Virus record (IMG/VR): IMGVR_UViG_3300044878_000087
Location: 194,432-258,431 of that record
Source of the DNA: a virus
Taxonomy: Duplodnaviria > Heunggongvirae > Uroviricota > Caudoviricetes
Strand: one strand, 5' to 3'
DNA: 64,000 nucleotides
A model generated the notes under the pieces. That model was not told where the DNA came from. It ran no database searches and saw nothing but the letters and a program-made list of their open reading frames with translations. This document shows positions 49,843-60,375 of the stretch, one piece after another. Position 1 is the stretch's first letter. The number at the start of each line of letters is the position of its first letter. The position numbers were made by a program, and so were the translations under genes.

Positions 49843-52335
49843 TTATGTTACCTGGAGATTTTTGTTATATTGCTCTGGAACGGTTACATTAGTTGGGTCC
49901 AAGACAATAAATTCGGCCTGATTAAAAGCTCCATGGGTTGTGCTGTAGTGACTAATATAAAAGATCTGTTGGTACTGACCGAGTTCAATCAGACGACCAA
50001 TGAACGGTACCAAGTTAACTCGGTGTTGTTCATCGAAGGTACGACCGAATTCATCCAGCATCAATGGGAAGTCATCGAAGCCCATGAACTTCAACAGTGC
50101 TACACGGAATGCAAAGTTAACGATCTCACGTTGGGAGTCAGAACCCAGATCGATATCGGTTGGTTCAACTGCACCATTCGATACGTTCAACGGGAACTTG
50201 TAATCGAGATCATCACGATCCATCTTAGAAGGTAGAACTTCCAATGGATAAGTCCAGACTTCATCGATCACAGTGTTGACCAGTTTGGTTACACCTTGCA
50301 GGAAACCTAACATGTACTGACCGATCAATCCACCCTTAGGCGATAGAGCTTTAGCCAACAGTTGGAAATCACTGTGTGCATCAGCAGCATCAGCCACTGT
50401 GTCTTCTAGCAAACGGATCTCAGTATCACGACGTTCTGCTTCACGCAACCGATTACCGACGTGTGCCAGTTGTTGGTGTGTGGCATCGATCTCTGAAGTG
50501 AATGCTTGGTCCAGCAACCACTCTGAGTGCTGCATGGATTTCTCACGCCATGAACTATAGCGTGTCAGCAAACGGTTTACTTGGTTGATGTAATTGTCAA
50601 CTGAATTACCTGAGTGCACATACGCTTCAATCGCATCGCGAGTGGATTGTTGTGACAGCAACTTCTGGTTGATCTCTGCTTCGAGATCAGCTGCACGTTG
50701 CACCATGTAACCGGCAGCATCAAAGTCAATCGCTTCGATTACTTTCAAACGAGCTTCGATCTGTTTGGCATTCTCCAGTTGGATTTCTGATTCGATCATT
50801 GCTCGCTGAGCAGAGTGCCAACTAATTACATCAGTGGCAATCGACTTAGGCGAACGGAATAGTCTGCCCTCACCGACAACCCAGTCCCAGACAGGCGCGT
50901 AATCACGGTGGTCCCGCGTGATCTGTTGGTATTGTTGCACATAGCCAGCGTAATCGACGTACCGTTCCAAGTACTCATCGATGGATTTAATTTCTCGTTG
51001 GAAATGAGCTTCTGCATCTGCTGCTCGTCGAAGCTTTTCTTCGAGTTGTGGAATGTCTTTTGGATCGACTCCCGGAGCGAAAGTATGTTGGCAGTTCGGG
51101 CACTGGACATGATCACATCCTTTTAAGGTTGCAATACGACGCATGGTCTCGGAGATGAACTCTTCGATGCTACGCAGTTTGTGTTTATGTTCTTGCAGTT
51201 GTTCTTTTTTGTTTTGTGCATTGCTGGTCGACATCTCCCCTTCTTCATTGTTAGGGATAGACATTACAATACCGTAAGCACGATCGAATGCATCTTCTAG
51301 ACGAGCGTGTTGGTCGCCAAACAAACCTGTACGGCACAATGGGATTGGTCCATTGTAAGCACGCATTACCGAGCTATGCTCTTCAGCTACAGAAATGTGG
51401 TGAGCTAAACGTTCTTTCAGTTCAGCTAGATCTTCAGGAGAGATCTTGTCCATCTGCGCTGGAGTAGTAGCACGGATAGTTTCGAGTTCTTCCAACAACC
51501 GATCGATTACAGCTTGTGCTGCTTGTACGTTAGCCAGACGTTGGTTAACGATCTGGTTATATTCCCCTTTGTTGATTACCCGAGTGTTATCACTCAGGCG
51601 AGGATGTTCACGTACTAAGCCAACTGCTTCTGCCATGAGTTCTGTCAATTCTTCACTGGCGTGATCAACATTGCGGAACTGTTGTTTGGTGCTAGGATTA
51701 CGATGCAGAAACAATGTGTTAACACGATCTGTCAAACGCTGGCGTTCTTGACGCAGACGACCGATCTCAGAGTCATCGAGCATATCGATGTTCTCGTTAG
51801 CTAAACGTTTCGTCATGTGATCGATAACGTTCTTCTGTGCTTTCGCTTGTTCGCTAACACGGGCTAACAGATTAATAGCATAACCAAGGTCAACTGGCGA
51901 TGCACGAGTCAACCATTCACGACGCTTGTTGACTGGCAGTTGAGAAAACTTTGTCCGACCTGTAATGAGGTCTTGGATATCTTGTTGCAACCCGAACTCT
52001 TGTTTACACAGATCGAGTTGGATCTGATAAGTACCGCCTTCATTCAGTTCAACGTCATTACGGAGAAACGAATGATGACCTGTACCTTTGTCATAAACCG
52101 AATGTAATACATAGCGTGCACCTTTGTGCAAACAGTGTACAGTCTTATACCCATTCTTTTCGAATTGGGTGTGATGCGATGGTAGTGGACTGAGTTCGTC
52201 AAGTAGTGACGATTTACCGCTACCGTTCGATCCAATGATCACCATCAGGTTCTTTGTTGGTGTCCATTCTAAACTTTGGATGTTCTTTAGCATCAATCGT
52301 TTGTATTGCACTAACTTAACTAGCTGTAAATACAC
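49843..52335 (-). CDS. sbcC: SbcC/Rad50-like SMC-family ATPase (phiKZ gp165-like)
   Basis: GSNGSGKS Walker A, long coiled coils, CPNC zinc hook, GSDSQ signature variant, LMLDEFG Walker B, ISH. Confidence 0.9.
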   Translation of the reverse strand: MYLQLVKLVQYKRLMLKNIQSLEWTPTKNLMVIIGSNGSGKSSLLDELSPLPSHHTQFEKNGYKTVHCLHKGARYVLHSVYDKGTGHHSFLRNDVELNEGGTYQIQLDLCKQEFGLQQDIQDLITGRTKFSQLPVNKRREWLTRASPVDLGYAINLLARVSEQAKAQKNVIDHMTKRLANENIDMLDDSEIGRLRQERQRLTDRVNTLFLHRNPSTKQQFRNVDHASEELTELMAEAVGLVREHPRLSDNTRVINKGEYNQIVNQRLANVQAAQAVIDRLLEELETIRATTPAQMDKISPEDLAELKERLAHHISVAEEHSSVMRAYNGPIPLCRTGLFGDQHARLEDAFDRAYGIVMSIPNNEEGEMSTSNAQNKKEQLQEHKHKLRSIEEFISETMRRIATLKGCDHVQCPNCQHTFAPGVDPKDIPQLEEKLRRAADAEAHFQREIKSIDEYLERYVDYAGYVQQYQQITRDHRDYAPVWDWVVGEGRLFRSPKSIATDVISWHSAQRAMIESEIQLENAKQIEARLKVIEAIDFDAAGYMVQRAADLEAEINQKLLSQQSTRDAIEAYVHSGNSVDNYINQVNRLLTRYSSWREKSMQHSEWLLDQAFTSEIDATHQQLAHVGNRLREAERRDTEIRLLEDTVADAADAHSDFQLLAKALSPKGGLIGQYMLGFLQGVTKLVNTVIDEVWTYPLEVLPSKMDRDDLDYKFPLNVSNGAVEPTDIDLGSDSQREIVNFAFRVALLKFMGFDDFPLMLDEFGRTFDEQHRVNLVPFIGRLIELGQYQQIFYISHYSTTHGAFNQAEFIVLDPTNVTVPEQYNKNLQVT

Positions 52336-52417
52336 AGTAAAAAGCCCCCTTCCTTATTCTTAGCGCTGATGTCTACATTAGATCTGGCTGCTGAGTATAT
52401 TCTTCAAGGACATCAAA

Positions 52418-53284
52418 ATGGAACAAGCTTCAGATAAACCAATCAGTGGACAAGCCGGATCTAAGTTCCGATTTGTTTCACTCGGAACAGCAAAAGAAAA
52501 CAAACCACGCAATTCAACAACGCTGAACGTTCTCATGAACGAGAAGGCAATGGCTACTGACGGGGAAATCAAATTTAACCCTCAGGAAGTTACACGGGAA
52601 TGGCAAGACTCTGCTGGTGCATCACACCAAGTTAAAACCACAGCAGAACGATCAGTTCCTTGTGAATGGTATCCTTCCGAAGACAACCGTGCTACGCCTC
52701 CTGACATCATGCGTAACGAGCTTATCGAAGTATGGCGACTAGGAGACTCGGACAAGTACTACTGGCGTTCTATGGCCTTAAAGAACGGTCTACGGGCATT
52801 AGAATCAGTTGTCTATACTTGGAACGCTTCTCCTAACCCTGGAGGTGGTGGCGTAGACTTCAACACTTGCTATTACCTGGCGGTATCCGCACACGACAAG
52901 CATTTCACTATCGGTACTTCCAAAGCTAACGGTGAGCCTTACGCTTGGACCATGCAGTTCAATACTGGTGAAGGTGAATTCACAATCACTGATGATGTCG
53001 GTAATGAATTCGAGATCGTATCCAAGAACAACCGCTTACAGCTCAAGAACCCCGATGGGACATACCTGAAACTCGAGAAACAAAAGATCGAGATGTCAGC
53101 TAACGAGTCTATCGAAATGAAAGTGGGTGAGACGAACTATAAGCTCACTCCAGACACGGTAGCAACAAAGACGACCAATGTGACAAGTAAGTCATCAACG
53201 GTTAACATAGAGGCTCCTGACGTCACTATCGGTGGCGGTACGGTTACAATCAAAGCACCAGGTGGTTTCGCTATTGTGGGGTGA
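52418..53284 (+). CDS. baseplate central spike/needle (phiKZ gp164-like)
   Basis: N-terminal OB-like region plus C-terminal beta-strand repeats; followed by a PAAR gene. Confidence 0.8.
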   Translation: MEQASDKPISGQAGSKFRFVSLGTAKENKPRNSTTLNVLMNEKAMATDGEIKFNPQEVTREWQDSAGASHQVKTTAERSVPCEWYPSEDNRATPPDIMRNELIEVWRLGDSDKYYWRSMALKNGLRALESVVYTWNASPNPGGGGVDFNTCYYLAVSAHDKHFTIGTSKANGEPYAWTMQFNTGEGEFTITDDVGNEFEIVSKNNRLQLKNPDGTYLKLEKQKIEMSANESIEMKVGETNYKLTPDTVATKTTNVTSKSSTVNIEAPDVTIGGGTVTIKAPGGFAIVG

Positions 53285-53287
53285 TGT

Positions 53288-53551
53288 ATGGCAGGTATTG
53301 CAAGAGCAGGTATTGATGAAGCAGGCGGGATTATCCAACCTACACAATCAATCGCTACGATTAATGGTGTACCCATCGCTACGGTAGGTGCCAGTATTAC
53401 AGGGCATGGTAATGGATCACATTCCAGTGCTGTCATGGTTGGAGGTAGTTCATTGTTTACTATCAATGGCGTACCTGTGGTGTTAGCAGGAATGCTGGCG
53501 TCATGTAACCACGAAGCTACCGGTGACAGTAAACATACGTGTTCAGCTTGA
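53288..53551 (+). CDS. PAAR-repeat spike tip protein
   Basis: IARAGID, INGVPIATVG, H..H, INGVPVVLAG, SCNH metal-binding residues. Confidence 0.9.
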   Translation: MAGIARAGIDEAGGIIQPTQSIATINGVPIATVGASITGHGNGSHSSAVMVGGSSLFTINGVPVVLAGMLASCNHEATGDSKHTCSA

Positions 53552-53562
53552 GACATCATAAA

Positions 53563-53582
53563 GGCTTCCCACAGGGGAAGCC
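53563..53582. terminator. bidirectional terminator
   Basis: GGCTTCCC-ACAG-GGGAAGCC between convergent genes, flanked by CATA and TATG. Confidence 0.85.
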
Positions 53583-53591
53583 AATATGTCG

Positions 53592-54755
53592 TTATGCAGC
53601 TTCCGCTTCGCCCTTACCGACGTGTGCGATAGACTGACCCAAGTAGCCAAGCTCTTGGTTGAGCGTACGTGAGTACCAGCCATGGACTTGTACCATGCAG
53701 TCACACATACGTTGCAGCATTACACCGATAGCTGTTGCGATTTCACCACTAGCACCTGGACCATCATTCTGACCCATTTCATCTAGCAGTTTGTTAATCG
53801 AACCAACACGTTTGTCCATCAACGATTTAACGTCATTGGCACCACTGTTGTTAGCATCGACAGACGCGTTAACCATATCGGAGATCTTGGAGATGGTTGC
53901 GAAGTCAGCTAATGGGATTTGAACTTCACCAGTCGACTTGGTGTTGTATTCACCGAAAGTAAATACGAACCAACCACGCAGCATTTCTACTGGGTTGTTA
54001 TCGTTGATAACGCTAGACTGACGACCATCCACAATTGTCAACCCCTGGTCACCCATGAGCGGCATTGTGTTTTGAGTCATGTCCGAGCTACCAGCATTAG
54101 AGAAACTCTCGCCACCGAATGGCACGGTAGGTTTCTTGATGCTGCTACTAATCGCCGAACCCAGAGCTTTGAAGAATGCTTCAGATGTATCGTCTTTCAT
54201 GTGCTTACGAGCGAGCTGTTCAGTCGCACCTAGCATCTGATCGAACATCTTAGGGAAATCCCCATTGATCCATGCACCCATCTTGATAACGTTGTTAACA
54301 GCTTCTACGTCATTACCAACGAACGTACCTTCGATTGTAAGCATCTCTGGTCGCAGATCTACTGGAGGCAGATCACCTTTACCCAGTGCGGAACGCTGAA
54401 CCTCAGGCATAGCTTTAAGGTCTTGTTTAACCTTCTTGCTTTTCTCACCGAGCTTCTGCATACCCAAGCCGATCTTCTCGACCAACTTACCGATTGTACG
54501 TAATAGCCACTGGATGATATTCCGAACAGTAATAGCTACTTTCTTGAATCCAGTCACGAGGTCTTTACCTGTAACGCCTTTGTCTTCCTTTTGGTCAACT
54601 TCAGCGTCTTCCAAGGCGATGCGCATTGCCATCGCCGTTGGACCAGTAACTACTTCACGACCTTCCATCACACGCCGAAAACCCTCAAGAGCCAGACGAT
54701 ACTGGTTCAGTCGGGACAGGTCAGCGTCAACCTGAATTAAAGTGATATCGGTCAT
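53592..54755 (-). CDS. inner head (ejection) protein paralog, phiKZ gp162/163 family
   Basis: ALE-D site after a short propeptide; G.L.I.G.FVG block shared with neighbours; position next to spike/PAAR. Confidence 0.7.
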   Translation of the reverse strand: MTDITLIQVDADLSRLNQYRLALEGFRRVMEGREVVTGPTAMAMRIALEDAEVDQKEDKGVTGKDLVTGFKKVAITVRNIIQWLLRTIGKLVEKIGLGMQKLGEKSKKVKQDLKAMPEVQRSALGKGDLPPVDLRPEMLTIEGTFVGNDVEAVNNVIKMGAWINGDFPKMFDQMLGATEQLARKHMKDDTSEAFFKALGSAISSSIKKPTVPFGGESFSNAGSSDMTQNTMPLMGDQGLTIVDGRQSSVINDNNPVEMLRGWFVFTFGEYNTKSTGEVQIPLADFATISKISDMVNASVDANNSGANDVKSLMDKRVGSINKLLDEMGQNDGPGASGEIATAIGVMLQRMCDCMVQVHGWYSRTLNQELGYLGQSIAHVGKGEAEAA

Positions 54756-54764
54756 GGGGATACC

Positions 54765-56519
54765 TTACTGGACAGAGACTACAGATTCATCATCTGCTTC
54801 TTTGGTGCGGTCTTTGGTTTTGCCATCGGTTGGTGCAGCTTGGTTGTTCTCACGAACAGCAACGCCAGTACCCGAAGACTGAGCAGCAACTTGGTTGTAG
54901 AACGCGATGTAGGATTTAACCAACGTAGTCAGATAACCCATGAACATGCGGTGTTGCATCAGAGCTGCCGACACTGCACCTTTAGCAACTTCGTTACCAG
55001 ACGATACAGTCTTACGCAGGTTCTTCAGTGCACCCATCGAAGTGTCTTTACCGATCAGGTTAGCCAGAATACCTTTAACAGCATTCAGTGCAGCCAGAGC
55101 GCGTTCTTTTGATGGAAGCTTAACTTCTGAGTCACCGGATTCAGCATCGCCAGTCGAAGCGAATTCGAACTTCATGAAACCTTTAGACGAAGTAGTCTCA
55201 GCAGCAGTGCCATCTTTGATACCGATGAACATTGCTTTGTTGCCAGGCATGATCGGGGAGCGAGTAACGATCGGGTAGTTCGACATCGAGCTAGGAGCTT
55301 CGCCAGAGTCTACTTGGGTAAACTGGGAGAAGGTTGCTTCCATAGCTTTCTGTGCAGAAGCTTCGATACCGTGGTCACTGCCAGCAGAGTCTTCGTTCGA
55401 TACGGCGACTTCTTTGGTGCTGGTAACTTCGCCTACCAACTTGATCAGGGCATTAGGCCATTCGACCAACAGCTGTTGCGAAGTCTTCTCGACGTTCTTA
55501 ACAACTTCAACCGAGTCACCAACGAAGTTACCATTGATCATCAAGCTACCAGCCTTGACAACTTCGTATTCTTCACCAGCTGCAAGTTCGGCACGCTGGA
55601 TAGACTTGATAGTCTTATCGAGTTCTTCGATAAGCTTCGGAGTGTCACGAGTGAAATGGTTCCAGGCATCGATCAGCATTTCCAGCAGACGTTGCAGAGC
55701 ATTACCTGCAGCAGCACCCAGTTCTTTCAGTTTACCACCGATAGCAGCTTCCAGACCTTTAGCTGCAACCAGACGAGTGTCACGGTGAGCGAAGTCTTCT
55801 AGCGATGCAGTAATCGGACGGAAGAAAGTCTTGTGGTGAGATTCCAGGGAAATCTTGATAGCTTGAGCCAGTTCTGGTGTAGGGGTCTTACCAGCTTTAC
55901 GCAGACCAACCAACAGAGTTTGATATTGCTCAAGAGCAGCTTCTACTTTGTTGATGTTTTCCAGATCGTTACCAACAGTCTCAGCGCGATTCAGTGCAGA
56001 ATCAGAACCCACGGTAATACCGGTGTTCTCGAGTTCTTCCACAGCTTGCTCAACGTTCATTACAGAATCGTCGGCTTCTTTTGGATCGATGTGTTCTGCT
56101 TCATTCGCTTCGATAGCGTCTTCTTTAGAAACAACGCCAGTGGTAAGATCTTTCTCACCAGCCGATACACCATCAGGAGTCTTGTTAGTAACAGCATCTT
56201 CTTCACCAGCATTACCAGCATCGGTAGTTTCTTTAACGGACACTTTACCAACGTCTTGGGTCTGTGCTTTACCGTCTTGCGTGGTGTCTTTCAGTTCTTT
56301 GGTTGGAGTGTTCGAAACCGAAGCATCTACTTCTTCGTTCGGCTTAACGGTGTCGGTGATCTCAACCTTTACGTCCTTCTGTACAGGAGCGGCAACAGAT
56401 ACATTCTTATCTTCAGCGATGGCTACAGATTCCATCGAGGCCAGCAGGCCCATTGCATCTTGAAAACGTTTTTTGACAGCAGGTTTCTTCACTGCTGCTT
56501 TCTTTACTGGCTTAGCCAT
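54765..56519 (-). CDS. inner head protein paralog with long acidic propeptide
   Basis: ASME, AGE and ASLE-D protease-type sites; conserved FF....SLE.F block. Confidence 0.75.
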   Translation of the reverse strand: MAKPVKKAAVKKPAVKKRFQDAMGLLASMESVAIAEDKNVSVAAPVQKDVKVEITDTVKPNEEVDASVSNTPTKELKDTTQDGKAQTQDVGKVSVKETTDAGNAGEEDAVTNKTPDGVSAGEKDLTTGVVSKEDAIEANEAEHIDPKEADDSVMNVEQAVEELENTGITVGSDSALNRAETVGNDLENINKVEAALEQYQTLLVGLRKAGKTPTPELAQAIKISLESHHKTFFRPITASLEDFAHRDTRLVAAKGLEAAIGGKLKELGAAAGNALQRLLEMLIDAWNHFTRDTPKLIEELDKTIKSIQRAELAAGEEYEVVKAGSLMINGNFVGDSVEVVKNVEKTSQQLLVEWPNALIKLVGEVTSTKEVAVSNEDSAGSDHGIEASAQKAMEATFSQFTQVDSGEAPSSMSNYPIVTRSPIMPGNKAMFIGIKDGTAAETTSSKGFMKFEFASTGDAESGDSEVKLPSKERALAALNAVKGILANLIGKDTSMGALKNLRKTVSSGNEVAKGAVSAALMQHRMFMGYLTTLVKSYIAFYNQVAAQSSGTGVAVRENNQAAPTDGKTKDRTKEADDESVVSVQ

Positions 56520-56546
56520 GTGGTGTTACTCCGCGGATTAAAGTTA

Positions 56547-56550
56547 CATA
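56547..56550 (-). promoter_or_regulatory. possible late promoter core (TATG)
   Basis: CCTTATGTAAC 28 nt upstream of the head gene start; short motif. Confidence 0.3.
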
Positions 56551-56579
56551 AGGTTGGTACCAGAGGCACCAACCATACG

Positions 56580-56861
56580 TTAGAGGGATTTCAACATTTG
56601 TTGCGTGACGATCTTAGCTGGAATGGTTTTACGCTTTTCCACATAACAAGCCTTAATGACTCGGTGGTAACCATCCATAGTAACCCATTCACCTGTAGGA
56701 AGTTGTGTGACACAGATTGGCACTGACGTATCGGCCGCCTGCATTCGCTTGAGGTCGTAGTCATCATCGATCATCCATGTGACACGGTCCAATGGAAAAT
56801 CAACAATCGGTGCGTTCCGTGTCACAGCTAGTAGACGATCCACACTGTAGGTTTTACCCAT
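56580..56861 (-). CDS. stand-alone ParB/Srx N-terminal-like domain protein
   Basis: AADTSVPI...MDGYHRV.KA...TIPAKI motif. Confidence 0.7.
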   Translation of the reverse strand: MGKTYSVDRLLAVTRNAPIVDFPLDRVTWMIDDDYDLKRMQAADTSVPICVTQLPTGEWVTMDGYHRVIKACYVEKRKTIPAKIVTQQMLKSL

Positions 56862-56911
56862 GTGCGTAAATGTGCTATCTGGACCTTCACTATAAACTTC
56901 CAGAGATGGTG

Positions 56912-58300
56912 TTACTTTTCTGAACCAGACCCGGCGCAGTCAACATGGATCATCAGCATGTGGTCGAGCAGTTGGTTACGCTTCGCTGCAACCTCAGTAC
57001 AGAGTTTGAAGAAAGCATCAACATCGGAGTTCAAGAACTCAGTAATACGTTTAGTAACAATGCTCTTAACTTCGGCATTCTCAACAGACTTCACTTTCGT
57101 GTCCAGTTCACTGAGCATGGTCAAGGTCTTTTCCCACGACTCGCCGATCCACTTGATGTTGCCTAGCAGTATTGCGTTCTGTTCCAGATAGTTCTCGATG
57201 TCGGCTTTCGACAACATCTTAACTTCTTCGAAGCTCTTGCCACCAGATCCAGCGGATACCAACTTCAGACTAGCTGTACCTTCTTTGTACTCGAACTTCT
57301 TGTTACCAGCGAAGATAGCAGTTGTAGGGAACTTAGCCAGATCTTGAATGTCTTTCTCAAATAGAGCGGCATCGGCTTCGGTGATAACTTCTTTCTTCAA
57401 GTGGTTTGCTGCACGCCACATCATGTTCGTGTAGTAATCATAGATGTGCGTCAAGCCGCCAGTCTCGCGGGAAGTCATGCCCCACAGATCATTCTCTACC
57501 GATTCCAGAATACTAGCCCCTGGGATACTGATAGTTTTCGGCAGTTCTTTAGACGGGACGACTTTCTTCTCATGCCCGATCAACAGCTGTACTTTTGCAG
57601 CAGCCTTAGAAGTAACGCCAACTGGAGGCTTAGGCAGACTCTTAGGAGATTTGCCTTTTTCTGGAATGGCCTTGGCTACATCCAACAGATAAGCGGTCTT
57701 CTTGGTTTCAGTTTCTACGATACCAAAAACTTTCTTAATCAAAGCTTTCACTTTTACGTAAATGCTTTTGACCCATTCCCAGAACTTCTTCCAAGCTTCT
57801 TTTGCAGCAGCACCCAGCTTACCAGCAGACTGCTTCAGGTTTTCCATCAGTTCATTGGAAACTGTCAACCCTTGGTCACCATCAAAGGCTTCCAATGATG
57901 GCACAACCTTACTGAAGAACTTCGGATACTGTGCTTGCAGGTCATGGCGGATAACAGCTGCCGTACCAGAACACACTGACTGACGACTCTTGAGAGAAGC
58001 CTGCAGAATACCGAGGTACGATTCGACTGATGCTTGAGCTTCATCCAGACGTTCTAGACGATCATGGATAACTTGGCCCTGGCGCTTAGAAGCTTCATCG
58101 ATAGCGGTAAAGTCCTTGCCATCAACTTCTACTTCGAATGCTGCTTCAGCAACATCACCTTTACCCGAACCGTCATCGGCGATCTGCTGGATAAGATCTT
58201 TACCTACTTCGGCAGATGGGGCTGAGGCATCCACAGGTTGGGCTACACCATCTTCAGATTCCAAACCTGGTAACAGTCTGGAGAGTTTTACTTTAGCCAT
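56912..58300 (-). CDS. inner head protein paralog
   Basis: GLE-S, SVE and PSLE-A sites; shared core block. Confidence 0.75.
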   Translation of the reverse strand: MAKVKLSRLLPGLESEDGVAQPVDASAPSAEVGKDLIQQIADDGSGKGDVAEAAFEVEVDGKDFTAIDEASKRQGQVIHDRLERLDEAQASVESYLGILQASLKSRQSVCSGTAAVIRHDLQAQYPKFFSKVVPSLEAFDGDQGLTVSNELMENLKQSAGKLGAAAKEAWKKFWEWVKSIYVKVKALIKKVFGIVETETKKTAYLLDVAKAIPEKGKSPKSLPKPPVGVTSKAAAKVQLLIGHEKKVVPSKELPKTISIPGASILESVENDLWGMTSRETGGLTHIYDYYTNMMWRAANHLKKEVITEADAALFEKDIQDLAKFPTTAIFAGNKKFEYKEGTASLKLVSAGSGGKSFEEVKMLSKADIENYLEQNAILLGNIKWIGESWEKTLTMLSELDTKVKSVENAEVKSIVTKRITEFLNSDVDAFFKLCTEVAAKRNQLLDHMLMIHVDCAGSGSEK

Positions 58301-58309
58301 GATATTTCC

Positions 58310-59695
58310 TTAAGCCTTGACCGGCAGATTGTTGGTAGCAGTAGCTGCGACTTTCTCGTAGTAGCCAACCAGAGCGGTGATAGTGGTATTCAGATAACCG
58401 ATGTAGCTGATGGTGAAACCAAATGCAGCGGTAACCAGAGACTGGATCAGTTGGCCACCTTCTTCACCACTGTCGGTAACAGCCATGTTCAGACGGACCA
58501 GCTTGCTTGCAACTTCATCACGCTTCTGACCGATATTGATCAGAGCCTTGGTACGGTCGATACCTTGGGCGAGTTCGGTAGCGCTAGGTACGGTAATCTT
58601 ACCACCTTCATGCGCACCTTCTTTACCTTCGGTCTTTTCCATTTTCAAAGTCATGGTAGCCGAGAAGTTCTCACGGATGATATTTACGTTACCAACTTTA
58701 TCGTGGTGATAAGTCAGCTTAACAATCCGATTACCTGGCAAGGTAGGAGTAGCAACAGTAGATGCTTCACCAGAGTGTTCGGTTACGGTGTCCAGTGCCT
58801 GGAAGCATTGCGAGTACGTTTCACCTAGGTCACCCAACACATCCTGGAAAGCTTTGCCCAGGGCTTCTTTGTCATCACCAGCAGCTTTGATCTTGGTACG
58901 CAGGTTATTACAGATATCCACGATCTTGTTTGGCCATTGAACCATCAGACCTTCAGATGCAGCTACCAACGTGTTAACACTGGAACCAGAAGAACCAACA
59001 ACTTCACCGTCCAGCAACAGAGAACGTAAGCCACTATAGTCGATAGTAGTGCCTTCTTTGATGCTACCGGACCGAATGACTTTGTTAGCTGCTTCTAAAC
59101 GTTCTAGCAGTCTGTCATGGTTAGTAGTCAGAATGTTCCAACCATTGATGATGGTCTGGATGAATTTCTTAATCGCTTCAACGATACCTTTACCTACAGC
59201 GGCTGCACCAGACTTCAGTTTGTCCAGCAGTTCCAGAGATACAGTCATCCGACCAACAGGAGCAGAGAAGCTTTCCAGTGCTGGAACAGTCTTAGCGAAG
59301 AACTTGGAGTCATAGCGATTCAGGCTTACCTTGATCGCACTAGCGAGTGCTGGAGGTACGGACTCGTTACGGTCGATGTACTTAGCAACTTGTTCAGCGT
59401 GATGCTCACAGGCAGCTTTGCACTCTTGCATCTTAGTGATGTCTTCACCAACTTGTTTACCGGCATTGATCGCATCTTGGATCGTTGGGGTAACACCATC
59501 ACTATCACCGACACTTACGGTGTCAGCAGCAGTGGCAGCTTCGCCTTTCGAGTCAGCTTCGGCAGTTGGGGATTCTGGGTGATCTTTGGTAGCAGATGCC
59601 GAGGCATTGGTTACGTCTACTTGGCGGGCTACACCGTCGCTGTCTTCGAGACTAGCCATCAAAGCAGTAAGCTTACGAATGTTGAAATGGGACAT
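58310..59695 (-). CDS. inner head protein paralog
   Basis: ASLE-D, PALE-S and VSLE sites; shared core block. Confidence 0.75.
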   Translation of the reverse strand: MSHFNIRKLTALMASLEDSDGVARQVDVTNASASATKDHPESPTAEADSKGEAATAADTVSVGDSDGVTPTIQDAINAGKQVGEDITKMQECKAACEHHAEQVAKYIDRNESVPPALASAIKVSLNRYDSKFFAKTVPALESFSAPVGRMTVSLELLDKLKSGAAAVGKGIVEAIKKFIQTIINGWNILTTNHDRLLERLEAANKVIRSGSIKEGTTIDYSGLRSLLLDGEVVGSSGSSVNTLVAASEGLMVQWPNKIVDICNNLRTKIKAAGDDKEALGKAFQDVLGDLGETYSQCFQALDTVTEHSGEASTVATPTLPGNRIVKLTYHHDKVGNVNIIRENFSATMTLKMEKTEGKEGAHEGGKITVPSATELAQGIDRTKALINIGQKRDEVASKLVRLNMAVTDSGEEGGQLIQSLVTAAFGFTISYIGYLNTTITALVGYYEKVAATATNNLPVKA

Positions 59696-59706
59696 ATAAA
59701 ACTCCG

Positions 59707-60330
59707 TTATGGAATCAGACCTTGGTCTTTAAGTTTTTTGATGATGCTCTCGGCAGTCGCCAAGCGTTGGGACAACAAAGCATTCTTTCGCTGTTCTTCA
59801 GCGAGGCGGGCGTAATCGGTAGTGCGGTTAGAAATCGCAGCTTCCCGTCTAGCCTCATTCGTTTCATGTTCTTCTGGAGTGACAACACTCAACAGTGGAA
59901 CAACACCGATGTTAATCGTAGGAACAACACCGATCGTGTCAGAAATAACTTTGGCTACTTGTGTAACCAGGAAGTCTAATGACATAGTAACTGGTAGAGC
60001 ACCACAACTCGCTGATACCACAACGTGATGGTACGGGCGGGAATCCAATGAAGGATAAGCCGTAACGAATGACGAAGGGATATATAGCGGAGCATCAGTG
60101 TCTGACAGCAACGTTAACAACATCACGCCTTTACGACGGTCATCATTATACACTGCTTGGGAAATAGCCATTGGGCCGTAATACGTTTCGAAAACGTTTA
60201 CGCCATTGTTCTCGATATCGACGAAGGATCGAATTGCACCGAGAGTATAAAGGAGGCCTGGTTTAGTGGAAAAGGGATCTTTAACTTCCCAGCGTCCTTT
60301 GATTCCGATTTGCGGGATTACGCTAGTCAT
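59707..60330 (-). CDS. conserved phiKZ-like protein (start reassigned to MTSVIP)
   Basis: A terminator lies inside the longer ORF-track N-terminus; AAAGG precedes ATG 60330. Confidence 0.75.
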   Translation of the reverse strand: MTSVIPQIGIKGRWEVKDPFSTKPGLLYTLGAIRSFVDIENNGVNVFETYYGPMAISQAVYNDDRRKGVMLLTLLSDTDAPLYIPSSFVTAYPSLDSRPYHHVVVSASCGALPVTMSLDFLVTQVAKVISDTIGVVPTINIGVVPLLSVVTPEEHETNEARREAAISNRTTDYARLAEEQRKNALLSQRLATAESIIKKLKDQGLIP

Positions 60331-60375
60331 GGCTGAGCCTTTGTTAATTGAAGAGTCATCAGATTGGGCATAAGA

